This document shows positions 56,401-62,958 of a DNA stretch of 62,958 nt, one piece after another. The notes beneath the pieces were generated by a model. That model was given only the letters and a program-made list of their open reading frames with translations, was not told the DNA's origin and searched no databases. The stretch is from a virus. Its lineage: Duplodnaviria; Caudoviricetes. Both the position numbers and the translations under genes were made by a program. The stretch lies in IMG/VR virus record IMGVR_UViG_3300044648_000169, positions 1 to 62,958 of that record. The stretch is one strand, 5' to 3'. The stretch's first letter is position 1. Every line of letters begins with the position of its first letter.

Positions 56401-59400
56401 CGCAAGACCCCGACCACCGCCCGCAGCAAGGCCCCGAAGGCGAAGAAGGCGCGCAAGGTCATGGACTCCTGGGTGCTGGGCGAGATCGTCCACCGACTGG
56501 GCGGCATCGGGCTGGGCCTGCGGGCGGACCTGTCCAGCAAGGCGCTGCGCGAGCGCACCAACAAGACAACCGGCAAGGTGACCCAGTACACCGCCTGGCG
56601 CGGCGACGGCATGCTGTTCCGCGCCACCGGATCGACCGACCTGACCGAGATTGCGCAGGTGCTGGAAGAGGCCGGGTTCCTGGAGCCCGGGCTGGTGGAG
56701 CGTGACTACCTCGAGGCCACCAGCCGGGTGCAGGACATCATCAAGGCCGAGATCGCCAAGCCCGGCAGCACGCAGGCATTCGGTGCGATCGAGGACCAGG
56801 CGCGCCAGCGCGATGAAGACGCCCGAGCCGAGCACGAGGAACGCGAACAAGCCGAACTGGACGAGTGGCTGCACGGCGAACTCGACATTCAGGCCGCCAA
56901 CCTCCCCGCCGAACCGGAGGCGCACAATACCGCCCTGGAACTGGCCCGCCTTCTGAACGAAGCGGCCGAAGCCGGCGTTGACGTCGACTCACTGAAGGAC
57001 GACTTCTTTGCATCGTCCGATCCCGAATGGAGCCAGGAAGCCTATGACACCCGCCTTGCCCAAACTCTCCGTGACGCTGCCGCCCGAACTCGTGTCGAAG
57101 CTCGACGCGATGACACCGGAACTGCGCGAGCAGACGATCCAGTCAGCCGCCCGGCTGGCGTCGATCAAACTCGGGCGCCGGGTGACGGGGCAAATGGACC
57201 TGACGATGCCATTCGATCCGAAGAAGAAGCCCGCCCAGGGCTGACCCTCGCCGCCGAGACCCCGGCCGACGCTCAGGCCAAGGCCGCCCGCGAAGCCGAA
57301 GCCCTCGCCTCAGAGCGGAAGGCCAAAGACGCCGAGCAGGCGCGGCTGAAGAAGGAAGCCGACGAGCGCGAGGTGCGCGCCCGGGCGGATTCCAGCGTCG
57401 ATGACTTCCAGCTCGGGCAGAGCGCGGATCAGCAGTTGTCGGGGCAGCGGGACATTTTCAGCGCCTCGCCGCCACCCAAGCGCCAAACCAAGGTCACGCC
57501 GCAGGTCCCCAGCGCCAGCCAACTCGCTTCCTTCATTGGCATCGCCGCGGACTCGGCGCAGGCGCTGCGGCGCTCGGATGTTGAACGCGTCTTGCGCGAG
57601 GCGCCGGTGCACTTCCGCGTCGGGCTCGCAGCCCACATCCAAGCCAGGCGGCCGGATCTCACTGACGAGGTGGACGAGGTGCTGGCGGAACTGAACCAAG
57701 CACCGCCGCAAATGAAGCGCGGCACCAGCGCCGGCCTGCCCCTGGCCACCGCCCGCAAGACCATCGCCGCCTTTGAGGCCCAGGGTGTGCGCAAGGTCAA
57801 CCTCGCCGCCACCCTGGCCGACATGCCCCAGGCCCGGCGCGACGCCATCCTGGCGACCGACCCGAGCGGCCGGGTGCGCGGCGCGTACTTCCCTAGCGCC
57901 GATGAGGTGTGGGTGATCGCCGAGAACCTGGGCAGCGAGCGCGAGCTGGTCGACGTGGTGCTGCACGAGTCCTTCCACCGCGGCCTGCACGTCACCTTCG
58001 GCGCCGATGGCGCCAAGCTGCTGCGGCAAATCTACGCCACCAACAAGAGCGTGCGCGTGCTGGCCGACAAGCAGATGGAGCGCTTCGGCCTGAGCAAGGA
58101 AGAGGCGACCAACGAAGCCTTGGCAGACTTGGCCATGACCAACCAGGTGCAGAACCTGAACGGCTGGACCCGGCTGCTGCGCATGATCCAGGCCTGGCTC
58201 GGCAAGATCGGCCAGGCGCTGGGGATCGAGTTGAAGTTCACCGACAAGATGGTGGTGGACCTGATCGCCGGGATGACGCGTGCGGGCCTGCAGCCGAACG
58301 TGGCGCCGGCGCCCGACACCAGCAAGCAGGACCGGGCCGCCGCCATCAGCGAGCAGGTGGCTGAGGGCAAGAGCTTTGCGGAGGCCACCAGCGAGGTGGC
58401 GTTGAGCCGCAAACCCAGCTACACCCCCGAGCAGAAGGCCGCCCTGGGCAAAGCCGGCGTGTCCGGTCCCGTGTCCCTGAAGGGCAAGCTGCAGCGCCAC
58501 TACAGCGCGGCGATGAACCTGCTGGCCGACCGGCACGCGCTGGCGGCCGAAGCGCAGCAGGGCCTGCTGGACCAGTTCACCGGCATCAAGCGTGCCGTGC
58601 AGCGCGACGTGGGCAACCTGCCGGTGGAGCAAGACCCCTACGTGGCGGCCCGGCTCGCCAACGGCGGCGCCTCTTCGGTGATGCGCGCCCTGCTGCTGCA
58701 CGGCCAGGCGAAGTGGGCGGCCAACGGCCAGCACCTCGAGAAGATCGACGGCACCAAGGGCCTGCTGGACATCCTCGCCCCGCTGGGCGACGACCTGAAC
58801 GACTGGTTCGGCTGGATGATCGGCAACCGCGCCGCGCGCCTGATGGGCGAGGGCCGGGAAAACAACTTCACCCCTGCCGACATCAAGGCGCTGCGGTCCC
58901 TGGCCACGCCAGCGAAGAAGGCGGCATTCCAGAAGGCGGCCCTGCAGTACGCCGCCTTCAAGCGCTCGGTGCTCGACGTGGCCCAGGACGCAGGCCTCAT
59001 CAACGCTGAGGCGCGCAAGGCCTGGGACTACGCCGACTACATCCCCTTCTATCGCCAGATCGACGAGAAGTCGACCTTCAGCCCCACCGGGCGCAAGGGC
59101 CTGGCCGGGCAGTCGTCGGGCATCCGCTCGCTCAAGGGTGGCGAGAACGCGCTGAACGACCCGATGGAGAACCTGCTGATGAACTTCAGCCGGTTGATCG
59201 ACGCCAGCCTGAAGAACAACGCCTTGCGCAAGACCGTCGACACCCTGAAGGCGGCCAAGTCCGACGCGGTGGTGAAGATCGGCTACGACATGACGTCGCA
59301 ACTGATCCCGGCCGAGCAGGTGAAGCAGCGGCTGGTGGAGGCGGGAACGCCGCAGCAGATCCTGGACGTGATCCCGCCCGAGGCCTTCGACGGCATGGCC

Positions 59401-61083
59401 AAGATGTGGGCGGTGCAGGCTCCGAGCGACCCGGACGTGATCCGCCTCATGGTCGACGGCAAACCACAGTTCTACCGGGTGGAAGACCCCCTGCTGCTGA
59501 AGGCGCTGACCAGCTTTGTGCCGTTCGACTTCCCCGGCCTTGGAATGATGCGGTGGTTCAAGCGCCTGCTGACCAGCACGGTCACGGCGGCCCCGGACTT
59601 CGTGGCCCGCAACTTCATCCGGGACACGGTGGCGGCGCAGATGATCACCCGCGACGGGTTCAACCCGGGCAAGTCGCTGCAGGGGGTGGCCAAGTCCCTG
59701 CGCGAGAGCGGCGGGTTCGAGCACATGCTGTTCGCCGGCGCGAGCTTCCAAAGCGGCAATGTCAACGCGGCCGACCCAACCGGGACCGGCCGAGCCATCC
59801 GGCGGGCGCTGCGGAAGAAGGGCTTTGACGCCTCGTCCGTCGACGCATTCACGGGCTCGGTCATCGACACCGGCCTGAAATTCTGGGAGAAGTACCGGCA
59901 CTTCAGCGAGGCGATCGAGAACGCCAACCGCGAAGCGGTGTTCGATGCAGCAACCAAGGGCGGCAAGACCGTCACGGCGGCGGCCTTCGAGTCCAAAGAC
60001 CTTATGGATTTCTCGCTGCGCGGCTCGTGGGCGGCCTACCAGATCCTCGCCGACGTGGTGCCGTTCCTGAACGCCCGCGTGCAAGGCCTGTACCGCCTGG
60101 GGCGCTCCGATCCCAAGCGCGTGGTGGTGCTGGGCCTGCTGATGACCGCGGCCACCCTGGCGCTGGCGTGGGCCAACGACGGCAACGACGAGTACGAGGG
60201 CCTGGCAGACTGGGACAAGGACACCTACTGGCACTTCTGGATCGGCGGCGAGCACTTCCGCTTGCCGAAGCCGTTCGAGCTGGGCGTGGTCTTCGCCACC
60301 ATCCCCGAGCGGGTGATGCGCTTCGCGCGTGGCCAGGACGGCGGCGGCAAGACCGCCGGCCGGCTGTGGGCCAACGTGCGCGACCAGTTTGCCTTCGACC
60401 CGGTGCCGCAGATGATCCGCCCGTGGATGAACGTGTGGGCCAACAAGGACACCTTCCGCGGAACCCCCATCGAGGGCATGGCCGACGAAGGCAAGCCGCC
60501 GCACCTGCGTTACTCGGCCAGCACCTCAGAAACCACCCGGGAACTGCTGGACCTGACCAAGCCGGTCACCGACCCGCTGGCCCTGAGCCCGAAGAAGCTG
60601 GAGTACCTGGTGAACGCCTACACCGGCGCCGCCGGCTTCTACGCCCTGGCCCTGTCCGACATTGCCGTACGCGCCATGACCGACGCCCCGCCGCAGCCCG
60701 AGATGCGCGCCGACGACATCCCTGTGGTCAAGGCCTTCTACCGGGTCAACCCGGCACGTGGCACGGTTTGGGAGAGCGACCTGTACGACATGCGCGCGGC
60801 GGCCGAGGAAATCTACCGCGGGGTCAAGGCGCTGGAGCGCGAGGGTGACCTGGAGCGCGCCACCGAACTGACCGAGGACAACTTGGACAAGCTCGGCGCC
60901 CGCACGGTGCTAGACGAGGCCGGCAAGCGCCTGGCGGGGATCAACAAGCAGCGCGACAAAATCTACCGCGACCCGGACATGAGCCCGGCCGAGAAGCGCC
61001 AGCAGCTCGATGAACTGCTGAAGCTCAAAGCCGAGATCGCGCGCAACGCGGTGGAGCACCCGGCCGTGACCGAGGCCTTCTGA
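53485..61083 (+). CDS. large polyvalent internal virion protein (ParB-like, HExxH metallopeptidase-like, C-terminal LPD38-like)
   Basis: LRPTQAEF...IIDGTHQW; VLHESFH; PFLNARVQG...WDKDTYW...LPKPFELG. Confidence 0.85.
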   Translation: MPIARFELPDGRIGRFEVPDGTSEDDAISLIQQHLADNPVADKAARPLPEGVTPSDAGAGRGSVRPHGPTLRERLFDPSVRTAPQPVQRRGGTRSEARPFVATGRDTTAAEVGEAIGGTLAGTAALGMEKGLGVMLDLQNSEGREPEAPPLDNALEEPPAYPPNQQEAIARQSLRPEVAQRRAREASAPAEARPFSTGQNMATDVREATQNPVARGVAQGIGTIGKVGPGALRIAADFLGSEGLGDLAKASGRAADEFSGGVTSDLKGNDKLVAQITGSIVNSAPSLALGVVGGPALKTLFVQSALSEYNAGRDAGFAPEESLMRAGIMGFAEAIGERAGFPEQIKLLKSLAKHVPTDRLSKVFGDMLAKEIPGEQLTTALQFMADKAGPAALSPDATLADYLDQAGETLKVTIGQTAVMGGGPAAVGTTRNALRKADAGATSAAPDPAVILASAIDQAANDFGLSPKATAALRDKANTMPAEQAAGFVERALAEFERGNLVRKPGAAAGFKQTLNDLAEKAQAEAESQPAEPEAAPAPEAAPEQTRFDAGAMLEGDDFSGLDTPAQAGPAMTAPGSSAVEEGSPDAEVEAIDSSSTAAQVGVPASPIEGEPINRNWSAFTPESGSLGIPREQMPQVKAEHRGALTNFLNARGITHESGEVPAHVLRPTQAEFSPRKVEQAADFTGGNRAVLVSKDGFIIDGTHQWAAAREAGAAIKVIRFDAPIQDLLRLAQQFPSSFSSGGASRAGSGPGYAEPAGPAGAGAADPDAGGRTEPLVQGELQQPVPAGTAGTPVPGPAVRDGAGADGPGAGNDALTVGAAVELGGKPYTVKAKSPKVIRLTGEDGKVRVISSDSANWSKIKPATAKPAAPTEEFAGKHGEGMAEHVAKANAIRLRKERPDLEWTVAEADPARNPKLKADRYVVQGRPLQPQAPAAEAGAQAGGVEPAGSAGEAAAASGSAQVEADGLRAQPARKTPTTARSKAPKAKKARKVMDSWVLGEIVHRLGGIGLGLRADLSSKALRERTNKTTGKVTQYTAWRGDGMLFRATGSTDLTEIAQVLEEAGFLEPGLVERDYLEATSRVQDIIKAEIAKPGSTQAFGAIEDQARQRDEDARAEHEEREQAELDEWLHGELDIQAANLPAEPEAHNTALELARLLNEAAEAGVDVDSLKDDFFASSDPEWSQEAYDTRLAQTLRDAAARTRVEARRDDTGTARADDPVSRPAGVDQTRAPGDGANGPDDAIRSEEEARPGLTLAAETPADAQAKAAREAEALASERKAKDAEQARLKKEADEREVRARADSSVDDFQLGQSADQQLSGQRDIFSASPPPKRQTKVTPQVPSASQLASFIGIAADSAQALRRSDVERVLREAPVHFRVGLAAHIQARRPDLTDEVDEVLAELNQAPPQMKRGTSAGLPLATARKTIAAFEAQGVRKVNLAATLADMPQARRDAILATDPSGRVRGAYFPSADEVWVIAENLGSERELVDVVLHESFHRGLHVTFGADGAKLLRQIYATNKSVRVLADKQMERFGLSKEEATNEALADLAMTNQVQNLNGWTRLLRMIQAWLGKIGQALGIELKFTDKMVVDLIAGMTRAGLQPNVAPAPDTSKQDRAAAISEQVAEGKSFAEATSEVALSRKPSYTPEQKAALGKAGVSGPVSLKGKLQRHYSAAMNLLADRHALAAEAQQGLLDQFTGIKRAVQRDVGNLPVEQDPYVAARLANGGASSVMRALLLHGQAKWAANGQHLEKIDGTKGLLDILAPLGDDLNDWFGWMIGNRAARLMGEGRENNFTPADIKALRSLATPAKKAAFQKAALQYAAFKRSVLDVAQDAGLINAEARKAWDYADYIPFYRQIDEKSTFSPTGRKGLAGQSSGIRSLKGGENALNDPMENLLMNFSRLIDASLKNNALRKTVDTLKAAKSDAVVKIGYDMTSQLIPAEQVKQRLVEAGTPQQILDVIPPEAFDGMAKMWAVQAPSDPDVIRLMVDGKPQFYRVEDPLLLKALTSFVPFDFPGLGMMRWFKRLLTSTVTAAPDFVARNFIRDTVAAQMITRDGFNPGKSLQGVAKSLRESGGFEHMLFAGASFQSGNVNAADPTGTGRAIRRALRKKGFDASSVDAFTGSVIDTGLKFWEKYRHFSEAIENANREAVFDAATKGGKTVTAAAFESKDLMDFSLRGSWAAYQILADVVPFLNARVQGLYRLGRSDPKRVVVLGLLMTAATLALAWANDGNDEYEGLADWDKDTYWHFWIGGEHFRLPKPFELGVVFATIPERVMRFARGQDGGGKTAGRLWANVRDQFAFDPVPQMIRPWMNVWANKDTFRGTPIEGMADEGKPPHLRYSASTSETTRELLDLTKPVTDPLALSPKKLEYLVNAYTGAAGFYALALSDIAVRAMTDAPPQPEMRADDIPVVKAFYRVNPARGTVWESDLYDMRAAAEEIYRGVKALEREGDLERATELTEDNLDKLGARTVLDEAGKRLAGINKQRDKIYRDPDMSPAEKRQQLDELLKLKAEIARNAVEHPAVTEAF
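55721..55930 (+). CDS. overprinted small protein 1 (+1 frame)
   Basis: GGAGG-8nt-GTG; about 63/69 codons end in G/C by manual count. Confidence 0.6.
   Translation: MLEVDLDMPSLPDLLEQGLLTQMQADELNHWFKASCNSRYPLELPEPLYRALLYATALAQMDLERETMH
56246..56386 (+). CDS. overprinted Arg/Gln-rich peptide 2 (+1 frame)
   Basis: MSFRAARFNPKPRQQKQERRREAWSRQ...; GC3 bias shifts to this frame; weak RBS. Confidence 0.35.
   Translation: MSFRAARFNPKPRQQKQERRREAWSRQDQQERPLPLPDPPRWKPMG
57044..57244 (+). CDS. overprinted small protein 3 (+1 frame)
   Basis: AGGAAG RBS; MTPALPKLSVTLPPELVSKLDAM...; GC3 bias in this frame. Confidence 0.5.
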   Translation: MTPALPKLSVTLPPELVSKLDAMTPELREQTIQSAARLASIKLGRRVTGQMDLTMPFDPKKKPAQG

Positions 61084-61093
61084 TCCTGGAATG

Positions 61094-61128
61094 AAAAAGC
61101 CGCCTCAGCTTTCGCGGGGCGGCTTGTT
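61094..61128. terminator. bidirectional terminator
   Basis: aaaaagccgcc...ggcggcttgtt. Confidence 0.7.
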
Positions 61129-61202
61129 CTGGAGCGGGAACCGAGTTCACACACCAGTCTTTCCACGGACAGGTGAAGGCTAACAGCCCCGGCCCTCTGT
61201 GG

Positions 61203-61421
61203 TCAAGCCAGCCGCTGGACCAGGAAGGTCACGAAGACCGCCGCGGCGCCGAGTCCACCCAGGATCATCAGCGCCGCGGTGAACCGCTCTTCTGCTGCCG
61301 GCGTGATGCCGTTGAACAGGCGGTAGGCGAGGTACATCAGCAGCAGCCCGGCCGGGAGGCCCGGCGTCGCCAGCAGCAGCAGCCCAACCACCATCAGCAC
61401 CAGGCACAGAAGCGATCGCAT
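61203..61421 (-). CDS. small multi-TM membrane protein (moron-like)
   Basis: 72 aa, almost entirely hydrophobic; lies next to attP. Confidence 0.6.
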   Translation of the reverse strand: MRSLLCLVLMVVGLLLLATPGLPAGLLLMYLAYRLFNGITPAAEERFTAALMILGGLGAAAVFVTFLVQRLA

Positions 61422-61523
61422 GCGGCCGATTGTGGGCCCGCCAGCGCGCGCACTTGCACGCCTCGCGTGGGTGTGAATGCGCCCTGCCCGCGGGTATAGT
61501 GCGGCGTTCGGGGGGATAGAGAA

Positions 61524-61743
61524 CCCCGGCAAAACTCCGGCACAGCCCGGGAAATCCATTGCGAATCAACGCCCTGCGGTTCCGGCCTCGGGCACCAGTT
61601 TGAACGTAGCTTTGAGCATTCTTCCCCCGCAGAACACCCCTTTCTCCCTCGTGAAAGGTTCCACGGGAAACCCGCCTCATACCTCGTAACGCCTCCTAGA
61701 ATCTCCGGCGAACTCCGGCAAACCACCGGCAGCAACTCCGGCA
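61524..61743 (+). other. attP: core TTCCGGCCTCGGGCACCA (61580-61597) with arm-type repeats
   Basis: Core resembles a tRNA-Leu 3' end; CTCCGGCA-like repeats on both sides (61524, 61535; 61703, 61713, 61724, 61736); IHF-like AATCAA nearby. Confidence 0.75.
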
Positions 61744-61756
61744 GAAGGGGCAAGGG

Positions 61757-62788
61757 ATGGCGAGCTTCAGGAAACGGCCCAGCAAGAAGTGGCCGAGTGG
61801 CGTGCAGGCGACCGTCGACATTGCCGGCGCTGGCGAGGCCAGCGAGACCCTGCCGAACATGCGCGAGGCGCGCATCTGGGCGGCCGAGAAGGAAGCCGAA
61901 CTTCGGGCCGGGCTGTCGGGCGCCTTCCCCAGGAAGACGCTGGGCGACGCCCTGGACCGGTACGAGCGCGAGGTGACGTCCCACAAGCGCGGCAAGCGCT
62001 GGGAGTCCGCCCGCATCGGGCACATGCAGCGCGAATTCCCTGAGCTGTGCGCCAAGGTGCTGCACAAGATGACAGCGGCCGACTGGTCGGCCTGGCGCGA
62101 CGCCCGGCTGCGTGGTGCGGGGAAGCGCCAGGCGGTGTCGAAGGGGACCGTGCAGCGAGAGATCAACCTGTACCGCAACGTCTGGTCGATCGCCGCCAAG
62201 GAATGGCGGTGGTGCGCCGAGCCCTCCCCGTTCCGCTCGATGCGCATGCCCGGCGACAACCCCGCGCGCCAGCGCATGGTGTCCTGGCAAGAAGCTCGAG
62301 CATTGGCCAGGCGGATGGGCTACCGCACCGGCCGCCGGCCCGAGGACAAGTCCGGCGAACTCGCCTACCTGCTGCTGCTGGCGCTGGCCACCGGAATGCG
62401 GACCGGGGAACTGCTGAGCCTCACCGGTGAGACCGTGGACCTGCAGCGCCGGGTGGCGCGGCTGGACGTGCACAAGACGCTGGAGAAGGCCGGCGTGCGC
62501 CACGTGCCCCTGCCCCGCCGCGCGGCCCGCCTGCTGGCGCCGCTGCACCGCGAGGGCCGGCTGTTCACGCTCACCGCGGACTCAGCCGATGCGCTGTTCC
62601 GCAAGTACCGCGACCAGCTCATGATCGATGGGCTGACGTTCCGGGACACCCGGGCGACGGCGCTGACGCTGTTGTCCAGGAGGGTGGATCTGCTGACGCT
62701 GACCAGGATTTCCGGCCACCTCGACCCGCGGCAGATCAGCGAGGTGTACTACCGCGAGCGGGCCGAGGACATTGCCGCGCGGATCTGA
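61757..62788 (+). CDS. int: tyrosine integrase
   Basis: TGMRTGE, K, FRDTR, SGH, YY catalytic motifs. Confidence 0.92.
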   Translation: MASFRKRPSKKWPSGVQATVDIAGAGEASETLPNMREARIWAAEKEAELRAGLSGAFPRKTLGDALDRYEREVTSHKRGKRWESARIGHMQREFPELCAKVLHKMTAADWSAWRDARLRGAGKRQAVSKGTVQREINLYRNVWSIAAKEWRWCAEPSPFRSMRMPGDNPARQRMVSWQEARALARRMGYRTGRRPEDKSGELAYLLLLALATGMRTGELLSLTGETVDLQRRVARLDVHKTLEKAGVRHVPLPRRAARLLAPLHREGRLFTLTADSADALFRKYRDQLMIDGLTFRDTRATALTLLSRRVDLLTLTRISGHLDPRQISEVYYRERAEDIAARI

Positions 62789-62872
62789 CCCAGAAGGATG
62801 CCGGGTCACCCAGCGCGCGTGCGCCGCCGAGGAAATTGGGCACGCCCGGCGCGGCCTCGGCTAGTTACCACT

Positions 62873-62958
62873 GGTGAGGGCGGCCGGTGCTGAATTCCGG
62901 CATTTGGCGTGCACTCCACACCGGCATCCTTCGATGGAACAAGGGCCAGAACATCCAG
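62873..62958 (+). repeat. 86-bp direct repeat, right copy (truncated by window end)
   Basis: Identical to 340-425; covers the 3' part of C4-like RNA copy 1. Confidence 0.95.

Larger units (their letters stand above)
340..62958. mobile_element. temperate podovirus-like phage genome
   Basis: Immunity, replication, recombination, lysis, morphogenesis and integration modules all present; no tape-measure or sheath gene. Confidence 0.92.

Noticed and set aside
57310-60504. Long antisense ORFs (also 30120-32573, 40838-42895, 52291-54546)
   Set aside because: Shadow ORFs expected opposite high-GC3 genes; no motifs or RBS
61580-61597. tRNA gene
   Set aside because: Only the 3' 18 nt are present and there is no cloverleaf upstream

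Overview
This is an apparently complete ~62.5 kb temperate podovirus-like phage genome from a high-GC betaproteobacterium (Burkholderiales-like). The minus-strand arm carries cro, a cII-like gene, replication initiator, DnaB/gp4-like helicase, NinG, Q-like and xis-like genes and many small nin-type genes, and ends in a cluster of structured C4-like ncRNAs. The plus-strand arm carries RecT/YqaJ recombination genes, the lysis cassette, terminase, portal, N4-gp56-like capsid, several carbohydrate-active spikes, ejection proteins, a 2532-aa LPD38-type polyvalent protein, an intact attP (tRNA-Leu-like 3' core with arm repeats) and a tyrosine integrase. An 86-bp direct repeat at 340-425 and 62873-62958 bounds the genome, and bases 1-339 look like another phage's lysis region. 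The best candidate for a new system lies between a repressor lacking an S24 peptidase domain and PL: two convergent LuxR solos with non-AHL pockets, two asymmetric lux-box-like 20-mers (15/20 identical), and two downstream targets, an unannotated 27-aa peptide and an ORF antisense to cI. The second is a set of three +1-frame overprinted genes inside the giant virion protein. All family assignments come from motif recognition, not database searches.
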